Assembly (NCBI GenBank): GCA_963850305.1
Contig: CAWKKR010000008.1
Location: forward strand, 480,001-544,000
From: an uncultured delta proteobacterium
GTDB lineage: Bacteria > Myxococcota_A > Polyangia > Polyangiales > Polyangiaceae
DNA: 64,000 bases
Direction of reading: 5' to 3'
Part shown: in pieces, positions 38,573 through 49,517 of the stretch
How the letters are laid out: each line of letters begins with the position of its first letter
How positions within the stretch are numbered: position 1 is the stretch's first letter
Translations under genes and position numbers: made by a program
The notes under the pieces: generated by a model
What the model was told of the DNA's origin: nothing
Databases searched by the model: none
Seen by the model: only the letters and a program-made list of their open reading frames with translations

Positions 38573-39904
38573 ATGGGCGAGACGGAAGCCGCCGGAGAAC
38601 AGGGCCTGTCGCGGGAGGACTTGCGCGACGCTTGGGCCGTCCTCTCGGCGGAGGATCGCTGGCGTGGGTTTCGCCTGCTATCCCAGGAAGATCAGGAGGA
38701 ATTTTTCCTCGGACTCCCGTCCAGAAATCAGTCCGCGCTGCTCCTTTCCCTGCCCGCCGGCAACCGGCGCTCCTGGATGCGCATGCTCGCCCCGGACGAC
38801 GCGGCAGATCTCGTCCAGGAAGCACCTGCGCCGGAACGGGAGGGTTTGCTGTCGCTCCTCGACGACCCGACGCGGAAGGAGGTGAACGCGCTCCTCGCCT
38901 ACGCGGAGGACGAAGCGGGCGGCCTCATGAGCACCCGGTACGCGCGGGTGCGCCCCGAGATGACCGTCGACGAGGCCATCTCGTACCTGCGAAAGCAAGC
39001 GCGCGGCAAGCTCGAGACGCTCTACTACGTCTACGTGCTCGACGAGCACCAGAAGCTCCTCGGCGTCGTATCGTTCCGCGAGCTGTTCGCGTCGCAGCCG
39101 AGCACGCGGGTGCGCGACGTCATGCACCGCGAGGTCGTGAGCGTCCGCGCCGACCAGGATCAAGAATCCGTCAGCCGCGTGTTCACCGAGAACGACCTCT
39201 TCGCCATTCCGGTCGTCGACGCCGAAAACCGGATCCAGGGCATCGTCACGTTCGACGACATCGTCGACGTCGTGCAGGAAGAGGCGACCGAGGACATCCA
39301 GAAGCTGGGCGGCATGGAGGCCCTGGACGCGCCGTATCTCTCCGTCGACCTCGCGAAGATGGTGAAGAAGCGTGCCGGCTGGCTCTCCGCGCTGTTTCTC
39401 GGCGAGATGCTCACCGCGAGTGCGATGGCGTATTTCGAAGACGAGATCGCGCGCGCCGTGGTGCTCGCGCTGTTCGTACCACTCATCATCTCCAGCGGCG
39501 GCAACTCCGGCTCGCAAGCGACGACACTCGTCATCCGCGCGATGGCGCTCGGCGAGGTCCGACTCCGTGACTGGTGGCGCGTGGCACGCCGCGAGATCGC
39601 CGCGGGGTTCACCCTGGGCGCCGTGCTCGGCTCGATCGGCTTTTTGCGGATCGTCCTCTGGCAAGCCATCAAGCCGCTCTACGGCCCGCATTACCTTCTC
39701 GTCGCGATGACCGTATCGGGGAGCCTCATCGGCGTCGTCACGTTCGGCACCGTCGCCGGTTCGCTCTTGCCGTTCATCCTTCGCAAGCTCGGCTTCGATC
39801 CGGCGAGTGCCTCGGCGCCGTTCGTGGCGACCCTCGTCGACGTCACGGGCCTCGTCATTTACTTCAGCGTCGCGAGCGCAATCCTTCGCGGAACCCTTCT
39901 TTAG
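38573..39904 (+). CDS. mgtE: Magnesium transporter MgtE
   Basis: N-domain, CBS pair, GNSGSQ, DPASASAPFVATLVD. GGAG precedes ATG 38573. Confidence 0.95.
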   Translation: MGETEAAGEQGLSREDLRDAWAVLSAEDRWRGFRLLSQEDQEEFFLGLPSRNQSALLLSLPAGNRRSWMRMLAPDDAADLVQEAPAPEREGLLSLLDDPTRKEVNALLAYAEDEAGGLMSTRYARVRPEMTVDEAISYLRKQARGKLETLYYVYVLDEHQKLLGVVSFRELFASQPSTRVRDVMHREVVSVRADQDQESVSRVFTENDLFAIPVVDAENRIQGIVTFDDIVDVVQEEATEDIQKLGGMEALDAPYLSVDLAKMVKKRAGWLSALFLGEMLTASAMAYFEDEIARAVVLALFVPLIISSGGNSGSQATTLVIRAMALGEVRLRDWWRVARREIAAGFTLGAVLGSIGFLRIVLWQAIKPLYGPHYLLVAMTVSGSLIGVVTFGTVAGSLLPFILRKLGFDPASASAPFVATLVDVTGLVIYFSVASAILRGTLL

Positions 39905-40001
39905 GGCGGGCCCCGTCGACCACTCCAGAGGAATGGAACAAGAAGTCGGGAGGTAAGGAAGTGACTCTCCGGCTTCCCGTCGATCTCGCCTGAGCCGTCA
40001 G

Positions 40002-40487
40002 TCAGTACAGAACCTTGTCCCGCTTGTCCCGCCATTCGGCGAAGAGCGCACGACCTTCGGGCAATTCGATCTGCCGTAACGGAAGGGACCGGCGTTCTGG
40101 CGGCGCAGTGAACTCGTCGTACAGGAACGCGTCGTCGAAGCCGACGGCCGCAGCGCCGTCGCGTCCCGTCGCGTAGACGACGGCGTCGATGCGGGCCCAG
40201 TAGATGGCCGCGAGGCACATCGGACACGGCTCGGAGCTCGCGTAGATTATCGTGCCGCGCAGGACGAACGTCGCCAGATTCTTCCCCGCAGCGCGGATGG
40301 CCATCACCTCGGCATGAGCCGTCGGATCGTTCGAGATCGGGACTGAGTTTGCACCCTCGCCCACGATCACGCCGTCTCGCACGACGACCGCGCCGAACGG
40401 CCCGCCGCGGTTCGCTCGAACCGTCTCGGCGCCGAGCTCTATGGCGCGAAGGAGAAAGCCGCGGTCGTCGATTCGGGGACGATACAC
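40002..40487 (-). CDS. Zn-dependent nucleoside/guanine deaminase
   Basis: GGPFGA, DPTAHAE, EPCPMC, GFDD. Confidence 0.9.
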   Translation of the reverse strand: MYRPRIDDRGFLLRAIELGAETVRANRGGPFGAVVVRDGVIVGEGANSVPISNDPTAHAEVMAIRAAGKNLATFVLRGTIIYASSEPCPMCLAAIYWARIDAVVYATGRDGAAAVGFDDAFLYDEFTAPPERRSLPLRQIELPEGRALFAEWRDKRDKVLY

Positions 40488-40522
40488 GATCCGGCGCTCG
40501 TTCGTGCGCCGTCAGCCGACCG

Positions 40523-41485
40523 TCAGCCGGCGGGCGCGAAGCGATCGGTCGCTAGGATGAGCTCGTGCACGATACCGGGCTCGAACGCGGAGTGACCGGA
40601 GTCGGCCGCGACGCGGAGGTCCGCTTCGGGAAACGCGAGGTGAAGATCCCAGGCGGTCACCATCGGGCAGACGACATCGTAACGACCCTGCACGATCACG
40701 GTCGGAATGTGACGGATCTTCGGTACATCCTCCAGGAGCTGCCCCTCGCGTTCGAAGAACCCCTCGTTCACGAAATAATGGCACTCGATCCTCGCGAACG
40801 CGAGCGCGAACTTGTCTTCGCCCGCGCGCGCAACGTAGTCCGCGTTCACGTAGAGATGACTCGTTGCCGCTTCCCAGATGCTCCACGCTCTCGCGGCCGC
40901 AGCGCGCACCCCTTCATCTTCGCTCGTCAGACGAGCGTGGTAGGCGCGCATCAGATCTCCGCGCTCGGCCGGCGGAATGTGGTCGAAGTACTGCTGCCAC
41001 GCGTCCGGGAAGAGCTCGCTCGTCCCCCACTGATAGAACCAGCGCAGCTCGCGTTTCCGCAACAGGAAGATACCGCGCAACACCAGCTCGGTGACGCGCT
41101 CCGGATGTTTCTCGGCGTACGCGAGCGCGAGCGTGCTTCCCCACGAGCCTCCAAACACCTGCCAGCGCTCGATGCCGAGGTGAACGCGCAGCGTCTCGAT
41201 GTCCGCTACGAGGTGCCACGTCGTGTTGTCCTCGAGCGACGCGTGCGGCGTGCTCCGGCCGCAACCACGCTGATCGAAGAGCACGATCCGATACTTCGAC
41301 GGATCGAAGAAGCGACGCTGCTTGCCGTCGGTGCCGCCGCCCGGACCGCCATGCAGGAACACGACGGGTTTGCCGTCCGGGTTTCCGCTCTCCTCGAAAT
41401 AGAGGGCGTGCGCGCCGCCAACCGGCAACATCCCGGTGCGATAGGGTTCGATGGGCGGATAAAGAACGCGACGATCGGTCGTCAT
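40523..41485 (-). CDS. pip: Prolyl aminopeptidase
   Basis: LYPPIEP, HGGPGGG, DQRGCGRS, GGSWG, GRYDVVCP, GHS. Confidence 0.95.
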   Translation of the reverse strand: MTTDRRVLYPPIEPYRTGMLPVGGAHALYFEESGNPDGKPVVFLHGGPGGGTDGKQRRFFDPSKYRIVLFDQRGCGRSTPHASLEDNTTWHLVADIETLRVHLGIERWQVFGGSWGSTLALAYAEKHPERVTELVLRGIFLLRKRELRWFYQWGTSELFPDAWQQYFDHIPPAERGDLMRAYHARLTSEDEGVRAAAARAWSIWEAATSHLYVNADYVARAGEDKFALAFARIECHYFVNEGFFEREGQLLEDVPKIRHIPTVIVQGRYDVVCPMVTAWDLHLAFPEADLRVAADSGHSAFEPGIVHELILATDRFAPAG

Positions 41486-41505
41486 TGAGCTCACGGTCGT
41501 CGAGA

Positions 41506-42555
41506 TCACCCGAGACCAAGGCGTTCGCGACGGTAGGTGCCCTCGGTGACGCGGTCGCACCAGGTACGGTTGTCGAGATACCACTCCACCGTCCTTCGGA
41601 TGCCGGCTTCGAAGGTCATCGATGGACGGAAGCCGAGCTCGGCTTTGATCTTCGAGGCGTCGATCGCGTAACGCCTGTCGTGCCCGGGCCGGTCCTTCAC
41701 GAACGTGATCTGTCGCTCGTGGGGGTGCGGCGTCGGTCGAAGTTCGTCCAGCACCCGGCAGATCGTCTGCACGACCTCGAGATTGGTTCGTTCCGAATTT
41801 CCCCCGACGTTGTAGGTTTCACCAGGGGTTCCACGCTCTGCGGCGAGTAACAGCGCCGCGCAGTGGTCGTCCACCCACAACCAGTCCCGTACGTTCTTCC
41901 CATCGCCGTAGACGGGCAGCGGCTTCCCTTCCGCCGCGTTCAGGGTGACGAGGGGGATCAACTTCTCGGGGAACTGATACGGCCCGTAGTTATTGGAACA
42001 ATTGGTCGTCACCACGGGCAACCCGTACGTATGAAAGTAGGCGCGCGCAATGTGATCGGCGCCGGCCTTGGACGCCGAGTACGGTGAGTTCGGGCGGTAC
42101 CGCGACTCCTCGGTGAAGAACCCCGTCGGCCCCAGGGAACCGAACACCTCGTCCGTCGAGACGTGCAGGAACCGCGGCGACGACACGTTCTCCGATTCGC
42201 GGCTCAGGGACAGCGCCGCGTCGAGCATCTGAAACGTCCCGATGACGTTCGTTTGCATGAAGAGCGCCGGACCGTCGATGGACCGATCGACGTGCGACTC
42301 CGCGGCGAGGTTGAAAATGACGTCGGGCTTCACGCGCCGGAGCGTGGCGCGGACGAGCTCCCGATCGCAAAGGTCGCCCTCCACGAACTCGAACCCGGCG
42401 CGCTTCGCGACGGGCTCCAGGTTGTCCAGATTCCCGGCGTACGTGAGCTTGTCGAACACGACGACGCGCGCCCCCGGGCGGGCCGCGACGAGATGATGAA
42501 CGAGGTTCGCCCCGATGAACCCGGCGCCGCCGGTGACGAGGTAAGTGTGGGCCAT
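41506..42555 (-). CDS. rfbB: dTDP-glucose 4,6-dehydratase
   Basis: TGGAGFIG, DKLTYAGN, AAESHVDRSI, STDEV, YSASK, DRPGHDRRY. Confidence 0.96.
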   Translation of the reverse strand: MAHTYLVTGGAGFIGANLVHHLVAARPGARVVVFDKLTYAGNLDNLEPVAKRAGFEFVEGDLCDRELVRATLRRVKPDVIFNLAAESHVDRSIDGPALFMQTNVIGTFQMLDAALSLSRESENVSSPRFLHVSTDEVFGSLGPTGFFTEESRYRPNSPYSASKAGADHIARAYFHTYGLPVVTTNCSNNYGPYQFPEKLIPLVTLNAAEGKPLPVYGDGKNVRDWLWVDDHCAALLLAAERGTPGETYNVGGNSERTNLEVVQTICRVLDELRPTPHPHERQITFVKDRPGHDRRYAIDASKIKAELGFRPSMTFEAGIRRTVEWYLDNRTWCDRVTEGTYRRERLGLG

Positions 42556-42644
42556 CCCGGCGGAACGTAATGGAGCCCGGCGAGCCACGCCACCCTGCCG
42601 GGGGACCCATGGAAATGTGGCGGCTCCCGGGATACCCTGAGCGG

Positions 42645-42974
42645 ATGCTCGAACGCCTCGATCGGCCCACGCGACTCCAGCTCCTGCGCGTGCTCGCCGC
42701 GGCGGCCTGGGTCGACGGCGAGGTGCAAGATCACGAGCGCGCATTCGTCGGGAGGATCCTGGACAAGCTCCCCATCGACGAGGAAGAGCGGGAGACGGCG
42801 CTCGGCTACCTGGACACGCCACCCCACCCGGCACAGACGGATCCGCGAAAGATTCCGCCCGAGTACCGCGAAGCGCTCGTGAAGCTCGTCTGGCAGCTCA
42901 TCGGCGCGGACGGACAGGTGAGCGAGGACGAGCTGCAAGCCGTGAAGGATCTCGAAGAGCTTCTGCTCGACTGA
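42645..42974 (+). CDS. TerB-family protein
   Basis: AWVDGEVQDHE and ADGQVSEDE repeats of the TerB motif. Confidence 0.8.
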   Translation: MLERLDRPTRLQLLRVLAAAAWVDGEVQDHERAFVGRILDKLPIDEEERETALGYLDTPPHPAQTDPRKIPPEYREALVKLVWQLIGADGQVSEDELQAVKDLEELLLD

Positions 42975-42983
42975 GCCCGTCGG

Positions 42984-44534
42984 TCAACGACGGGACAGAG
43001 CGCTCTTCTGAATCTTGCCGCTGGGGTTCTTCGGAAGGTCTGCCGCGATCTCGACGCGGCGCGGACACTTGTAGCCGGAGAGCAAGGTGCGCGCGAGCGC
43101 GTCGAGCTCGTCACTCGTGATCGTCGCACCGGGTCGGGGTACGACATACGCGACGACGACCTCGCCCCAGTCCGGGTGCGGTTCGCCAACGACGGCAGCC
43201 TCGAGCACGCCGGGGTGAGTGGCGAGGGCCGCCTCCACCTCGGCCGCGTAGACGTTGAAGCCGCCACTGATGACGACGTCTTTCTGTCGTCCGACGATGT
43301 AGACGTACCCGTCCGCGTCCTTTTTTCCGATATCGCCGGTGGCGAGCCAGCCGTCGCGCAGCACTTCACGGGTCGTGTCGTCGTCGTCGAAATAGCCGCT
43401 CATGACGTTTCGTCCGCGCACCTGGATCTCGCCGACTTCGTCGGGGCCGAGCTCGCGTCGCTCGGCATCCGCGATCCGGACTCTGCAAACCGCCGTCTCC
43501 TTGCCGACAGAGCCGAGACGCGGGCCCAGAACCAAATGATCTTCGGGGCCGAGTCGAGTGATCGGCCAGGGCGCTTCCGTCATTCCATAGATCTGGTGAA
43601 GGGCCTGCCCGACCTTCTGGATCGCCGCGCGGAGCTGCGCGTCGGGCATGGGCGCTCCGCCGTAAATGAGCGCCCGCAAGCTCGAGAGATCATGCAAGGT
43701 CCAGCGCGGCGACGAGACGAGACGCGATAGCATCGTCGGAACGGTGAACATGAGGGTCACGCGCCACCGTTCGATGCCCGCGAGCACTTCTTCGACGCCG
43801 AAGTGACGGACGAGAACGTTCGTGCCGCCCGCGAACAGCGTCGGATAAAGAAGTGCACCGGAGCCATGCGTGAGCGGCGCAGCGTGAAGCGAGCAATCTT
43901 GCTCGGTCACGGGCGCGAGTTCATGCAGCAAGTTGTCGAGCGACGCGTGATAAACGCGGTGCGGGAGCACGGCCGCTTTCGCGCTGCCGGTCGTGCCGGA
44001 CGTGTAGCGAAGCCGCGCCGGCTCCTCGAGCCCCACGTGAACGTCGGGGCGCGCGGGCGAGTGCATCGCGAGGAGCGCTTCGTACGAAACCGCGTCCGCG
44101 GGGAACCGCGCATTCTTCGCGTCTCCCGTCACGACGAGAGCTGGCAAAGAATCGAACGGTAGAGTTTCGACGCCCGCGGCGATCTTGGCGGCGCCCTCTG
44201 GGTCGGTCACGATGAGGCGCGGCTCGCACGAGGCAAGGACGCCACGTACTTCAGGCCAGGTGAGTCGCGCGGTGAGCGTGATCCACACCATGCCGGACGC
44301 GAGAACGGCAAGCTCGCACTCGACCGCTTCGTGAACGTTGGGCAGGAACGCGAGCACCGCCTCGCCGCGGCGAAGGCCAAGCGAGACGAACGCCGCTGAC
44401 AGGCGATCCACGCGGCCGAAGAGCTCCGCGTAGGTGAAGCACGCGTCACCGTCGACGAGGGCGCTGCGCGACGCGAACGCAGTTGCGTGGTCTCGGACTC
44501 GATCTACGACCGTGTTCGTCAATGCGCCTCGCAT
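42984..44534 (-). CDS. AMP-binding acyl-CoA synthetase
   Basis: YTSGTTG, YGMTE, ATGD, GRQKD, PKNPSGK. Confidence 0.9.
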   Translation of the reverse strand: MRGALTNTVVDRVRDHATAFASRSALVDGDACFTYAELFGRVDRLSAAFVSLGLRRGEAVLAFLPNVHEAVECELAVLASGMVWITLTARLTWPEVRGVLASCEPRLIVTDPEGAAKIAAGVETLPFDSLPALVVTGDAKNARFPADAVSYEALLAMHSPARPDVHVGLEEPARLRYTSGTTGSAKAAVLPHRVYHASLDNLLHELAPVTEQDCSLHAAPLTHGSGALLYPTLFAGGTNVLVRHFGVEEVLAGIERWRVTLMFTVPTMLSRLVSSPRWTLHDLSSLRALIYGGAPMPDAQLRAAIQKVGQALHQIYGMTEAPWPITRLGPEDHLVLGPRLGSVGKETAVCRVRIADAERRELGPDEVGEIQVRGRNVMSGYFDDDDTTREVLRDGWLATGDIGKKDADGYVYIVGRQKDVVISGGFNVYAAEVEAALATHPGVLEAAVVGEPHPDWGEVVVAYVVPRPGATITSDELDALARTLLSGYKCPRRVEIAADLPKNPSGKIQKSALSRR

Positions 44535-44914
44535 GGTGCCACGGAGCCGCCGACACCTCGCGACGGGACGAACCAATCCGGGGAGCGGTTGCGGCCCGCA
44601 CCTCCGGGCCGCAGGAATCCCACGACGTTTTCATGTTTCGATGGGAGCGGTTAGACCGACTCGACGCTCGCGGGTCCTCGGAAAACACCGCGAATGCGCA
44701 AGGTTCGTACAGGGCGAGGCGCGGTGTCCCGCTGGACGGGCACGCTCGTCAACGCTGCGCTTCGCGACGCGATGGCCACGAGAACGAAACGCGGGCGTGC
44801 GGGCGGGCGTGCGTAGAAGTTCCATGACCAAGAGAAAAAACTCACAGCGGTGTCACCGCTCGCTTGCTATAACGCGGACAGTCAGAACTGTGACCAGACG
44901 GAGAGTAATCGGTA

Positions 44915-46330
44915 ATGCCTGAAACGCCCGATCGGGGGCTTCTACGGACCTACGAGTCGGTAGTCGCGCTGATCCAGCGACTCGCCGATGCCGGCTGGAT
45001 CGTGTTGGCGCAGTACGTCGCGTGCTGGCTCTATCCGGAGGAGTGGAAGCAATCGAACACGGTCGCCGCGCTCGTCGCGATGATCGCGTTCCATCTCGTC
45101 GCCGAGGTCAACGGCCTCTACCGTTCCTGGCGCGGCGCGCCGCTCAAGCACGAGGCGTTTCAAGCCCTGGCGACCTGGACGATCGCCGCGCCCGTCATCC
45201 TCTTCGTCGCGTTCATCACCAAGACCACGACTCAGTACTCGCGTTTCATCACGACCGTCTGGTTCGTCCTCGTCCCGGTCTTCGTGGTCTCGTGGCGGCT
45301 CGCCTTGCGGTTCGCGCTGATGGAGCTCCGTCGTCACGGCCGGAACTCCCGTACGGTCGCCATCGCCGGCCTCACGCCCATGGCTCAGCGCATCGCGCAG
45401 CGGATCGCGGCGGATCCGTACTCGGGGATGAAGATCCTCGGCTTCTACGACGATCGCAAGCCGGGGCGCCGCCACATCTTGCCGGACCTGTACGGCCCGC
45501 TCGTCGGCGATCTCGACCAGCTCGTCATCGACGCGCGGGACAGCAAGATCGATCGCATCTACATCACGTTGCCGCTCAAGGCCGAACCACGCATCAACTC
45601 GATCGTCCGAAAGCTGGCCGACACGACCGCGACCGTCTTCGTCGTGGCCGACTTCCTGGTGTTCGATCTGCTCCACGCCCAGTGGAGCCAGGTGGGTGAC
45701 ATCCCGGTCGTCAGCATCTTCGACACGCCGTTCCACGGCCTCGGCGGCTGGCTCAAGCGGCTCGAGGACATCGCGTTGAGCCTGCTGATTCTGACGATCA
45801 TCGCGATACCGCTCGCGCTCATCTCGATCGGCGTGAAGCTATCTTCCAGGGGCCCGGTGTTCTTCAAGCAGCGCCGCTACGGGCTGAACGGCAAGGAAAT
45901 CCGCGTCCTCAAGTTCCGGAGCATGACCGTCTGCGAAGACGGGCCCGTCGTCACGCAGGCGACCAAGCATGACGAGCGCGTGACGCGATTCGGCGCGTTC
46001 CTCAGACAGACGTCGCTCGACGAGCTCCCGCAGTTTCTCCAGGTGCTCACCGGGGAAATGAGCATCGTCGGCCCGCGTCCGCACGCCGTCGCCCACAACG
46101 AGCTGTATCGCGGCAAGATCCACGGTTACATGCTGCGCCACAAGGTGAAGCCGGGCATCACCGGCTGGGCGCAGGTGAACGGTTGGCGCGGCGAAACCGA
46201 CACCGTCGACAAGATGGAGAAGCGCGTCGAACACGATCTCGAATACATCCGGAATTGGGGACTGATCTGGGATCTGAAGATCATCATGCTGACCGTCTTC
46301 GGCGCAAAAAAGAGCGAGAACGCGTATTAG
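44915..46330 (+). CDS. wcaJ: Undecaprenyl-phosphate glucose phosphotransferase (WcaJ/EpsZ-type priming transferase)
   Basis: N-terminal TMs, KFRSM, SLDELPQ, MSIVGPRPH, KPGITGWAQVNG, DLEYI. Confidence 0.92.
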   Translation: MPETPDRGLLRTYESVVALIQRLADAGWIVLAQYVACWLYPEEWKQSNTVAALVAMIAFHLVAEVNGLYRSWRGAPLKHEAFQALATWTIAAPVILFVAFITKTTTQYSRFITTVWFVLVPVFVVSWRLALRFALMELRRHGRNSRTVAIAGLTPMAQRIAQRIAADPYSGMKILGFYDDRKPGRRHILPDLYGPLVGDLDQLVIDARDSKIDRIYITLPLKAEPRINSIVRKLADTTATVFVVADFLVFDLLHAQWSQVGDIPVVSIFDTPFHGLGGWLKRLEDIALSLLILTIIAIPLALISIGVKLSSRGPVFFKQRRYGLNGKEIRVLKFRSMTVCEDGPVVTQATKHDERVTRFGAFLRQTSLDELPQFLQVLTGEMSIVGPRPHAVAHNELYRGKIHGYMLRHKVKPGITGWAQVNGWRGETDTVDKMEKRVEHDLEYIRNWGLIWDLKIIMLTVFGAKKSENAY

Positions 46331-46366
46331 CAGGACCGCCGTCGTCTCCAGCGGGGCTCGGGGGCC

Positions 46367-47065
46367 GTGACTGCCCGGCTGCTCGAAGGTCTCCTCGACC
46401 CGTGCGTGGAAACGGAAGAAGTCGATCCGTTCCGGGATCCGATCGACGAGCTCTTGCCGGAGGAGGCGCATACGATCGCGAATGGTCGCGACGCGCGACT
46501 CCTGGAGTTCCGCGCCGGTCGTCACTGTGCGCGGACGGCGCTTGGGCGGCTCGGGGCACCGGCGGGTCCGCTCCTCAGATCGGAGGATAGATCGCCGATC
46601 TGGCCGGCGGGATTCGTCGGCTCGATCACCCACACGCGCGGCGGCGCTCGCGCCTTCTGCGGCGCGGCCGTCGCGCGTTCGAGCGAGGTGCACGCGCTCG
46701 GAATCGATGCAGAATTCGACACGCCGCTCGAGCGCGCGCTCTTTCGCCGGATCTTGACGGAGGTCGAGCGCGCGTGGATCTCGGACGCAGCGGAGAGCGA
46801 CCAGCCGGTGCTCGCGAAGCGCGTCTTCAGCGCGAAGGAAGCCGTGTACAAGTGTCAGTACCCGCTTTCGCGCACGTTCCTGGAATTCGCCGACGTCGAG
46901 CTCGCGCCGTTCACCGGGACGACCTTCACGGCGATGCTTCGAAAGCGCGCGCCGCCGTTCGGAGAGGGGCACACGTTCACGGGTCGGCAAGCTTTGCGCA
47001 GCGGCCTCGTCGTCAGCGCCGTCGCGATCGCAGCTCGAACGAGCGTCACGTCCGCGGGGCGCTGA
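46367..47065 (+). CDS. 4'-phosphopantetheinyl transferase (EntD/Sfp-type)
   Basis: EFRAGR, PIWPAGFVGSITH, LGIDAE, FSAKEAVYK. Confidence 0.92.
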   Translation: MTARLLEGLLDPCVETEEVDPFRDPIDELLPEEAHTIANGRDARLLEFRAGRHCARTALGRLGAPAGPLLRSEDRSPIWPAGFVGSITHTRGGARAFCGAAVARSSEVHALGIDAEFDTPLERALFRRILTEVERAWISDAAESDQPVLAKRVFSAKEAVYKCQYPLSRTFLEFADVELAPFTGTTFTAMLRKRAPPFGEGHTFTGRQALRSGLVVSAVAIAARTSVTSAGR

Positions 47066-47143
47066 CGACACGCGGGCCGGTCGACACGCTTTGCAGATCC
47101 TCGCGCGCATCCCTACATCCAAGTCTCTAACGGGCTGGGGCCA

Positions 47144-48524
47144 TTGGAGAGCGCCAATCTCGTCGCCTACGTTGCTTTGATCGTGTTCGCGCCGGTCGCC
47201 GTCGCGATCTACGGCGTGGTGCGCCCGACGCTCGCGACGGCCGCCGTACTCCTGGGCGCCGTGATGTATCTGCCCGAGCGAGTGAACTTCGATCCGCCCG
47301 GCCTTCCCCCGTTCGACAAGGCAACGATCGGCGGGCTCGCCGCTCTGGTCGGCAGCGCACTGGTCGCTCGACGAACGCTCACGAGCGCGCGGCCGGGCCG
47401 CGGATTCGATCTGTTCGCCCTGTTGCTCATCGCGGGCACGCTCGGCACCGCGCTCACGAACCCGGACGCATTGACTTATGGGTCGTCGTCGCATCCAGGC
47501 ACTGACTCCCTATGACGCCGTGTCGGACACCATCCGGGACTTGCTTTATCTGGTGTTCCCCTTCTTCCTCGGTCGCGCGCTCTACCGCAGCGCACGGGAT
47601 CTGAGAGATCTCATGGGCGTCGTGGTCATGGGCGCGCTCCTGTATTCGCCCCTGGTGCTCATCGAGCTCTGGCTGAGTCCGCAGCTTCACCGCTGGATCT
47701 ACGGCTTCCATCAGCACGACTTCTCGCAGGTGCTCCGGGACGGCGGATACCGGCCGATGGTCTTCATGGAAAACGGTCTCGCACTGGCACGGCTTCTGCT
47801 GACCGCGGCGCTCTTCGCCGCAACGCTCGCGCGGGCGCGCGAGAAGCTTCCCTTCTCGATCCCTCCGGCGCCGGTCGCCGCCTTTCTGACCGTGCTGTTG
47901 CTCGCGTGTCACAGCATGGGCGCCGCCGTGTACCTCCTCGTCTGTCTGCCCCTCCTGATCCTCGCTCGCCCGCGAGTCCACGTGCGCGTGGGAGCAATGC
48001 TCGCGACCGTCGTGCTCGCTTATCCCGTTCTCCGCGCCGCGGATCTGTTCCCCGTGAAACCCCTGCTCGATGTCTTCGCGAGGTTCAGCCAAGACCGGGC
48101 GGATTCGCTCGCCTTCCGCTTCGACAACGAGGCACAGCTCGTCCAGAAAGCGCTCGAGCGAGTCGTGTTCGGTTGGGGTGGGTTCGCGCGGGCCCACATT
48201 TTCGGGGAGTGGGGGAAGGACATCTCCGTCACGGACGGTCAGTGGATCATCGCCTTCGGAGATACGGGCGCGGTGGGCTTCCTGGGTTTGTTCGGGATGC
48301 TCGTGGGGCCCGTCGTGCTCGCCTGGCGGCGCATCACCGCCATCCCACGCGGGCCGACGCGCGTCCTGGTCGCGGGCATGGCGCTCACGACGGCGCTGAA
48401 CGTCGTGGACCTGTTGCCGAACGGGCTCTACTCGGCCCTGCCGCTCTTTTACGCAGGCGCTCTCGCAGGCGTCACGTGCGCACTTTCGAACGATTACGCG
48501 CTCGAAGGAGGAGTCGCCGAATGA
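47144..48524 (+). pseudogene. Wzy polymerase / O-antigen ligase-family membrane protein, frameshifted at about 47480
   Basis: Two overlapping hydrophobic ORFs (47144-47515, 47478-48524) join if one G of GGG at 47480-47482 is removed. Motifs SPQLH, RPMVF, SLAFRF, FGWG. May be a sequencing error. Confidence 0.78.
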
Positions 48525-49517
48525 GCCGAGTGGGCTGCGTCGTCATCGGTCGAAACGAAGCGTCGCGCCTCGGCCGGTGCCTCGCATCGGTGAAGCCTGA
48601 GTGCGATCGCATCGTCTACGTCGACTCCGCATCCGAGGACGCAAGCGTCGGTGTCGCGGAGCGGATGGGCGTGGAGGCGATCACACTCGACTCGAGCAGT
48701 CGTCTTTCCGCGGCCCGCGGCAGAAACGAAGGGTTTCTACACCTGACACGAACGGCGCCGGAGCTCGAGTTCGTGCAGTTCATCGACGGGGACTCGGAGC
48801 TCTCGCACAGCGTGGATCTCGCACGGGGTGGCGGAACTCGACCGCGACGGGGACGTCGCAGCGGCGTGTGGTCGGATCCGAGAACGGCATCCGCGGGCGT
48901 CCATTTACAACGCCATCAACGACATGGAGTGGGTCCACGGCACCGGAGACGTGGAGTGGTGCGCGGGCACGGCATTGTTCCGCGTCGCGCCGTTCCGGGA
49001 TGCCGAGGGATTCGATCCGACGCTCATCGCCGGTGAAGAGCCGGACCTGTGTGTGCGCCTGCGCGCGCGCGGATTTCGCTTTCGCGCGCTCGATCGGGAG
49101 ATGGCGGTCCACGACGCCGACATGACGCGCTTCTCGGAGTGGTGGACTCGCAACGTCCGTACCGGCCATGCCTACGCGGAAGCCGTCGCCAGGAGACCGG
49201 ACGACCCGGCGATGCACGCCGCCAGTGCCGTCCGGAGTATCGCGATCTGGGGACTCGCGCTGCCGGGGTTCTCCGTCGCGTTGATGCCGCCGACCCTCGG
49301 CGCGAGTCTCCTCGCGCCGTTCACCGCCTACCCGGCGTTGTTCGCCCGCGTGTACCGGACCATGCGCGCGCGCGGCTTTTCCCGCGACGACGCGCTGCTC
49401 TACGCCACGTTCTGCGTCCTGGGAAAGTTCCCGCAAGCGTTCGGACTGCTTCGCTTTCAATGGCTCAAGCGAAAAGGTCAGTCGAGCGATCTCATCGAAT
49501 ACAAGAGGCCCGCATGA
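48521..49517 (+). pseudogene. Glycosyltransferase family 2, frameshifted at about 48805
   Basis: MSRVGCVVIGRNE...YVDSAS...AARGRN...QFIDGD in one frame; WISHG...IAGEEPDLC...HDA continues in another. Confidence 0.82.
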
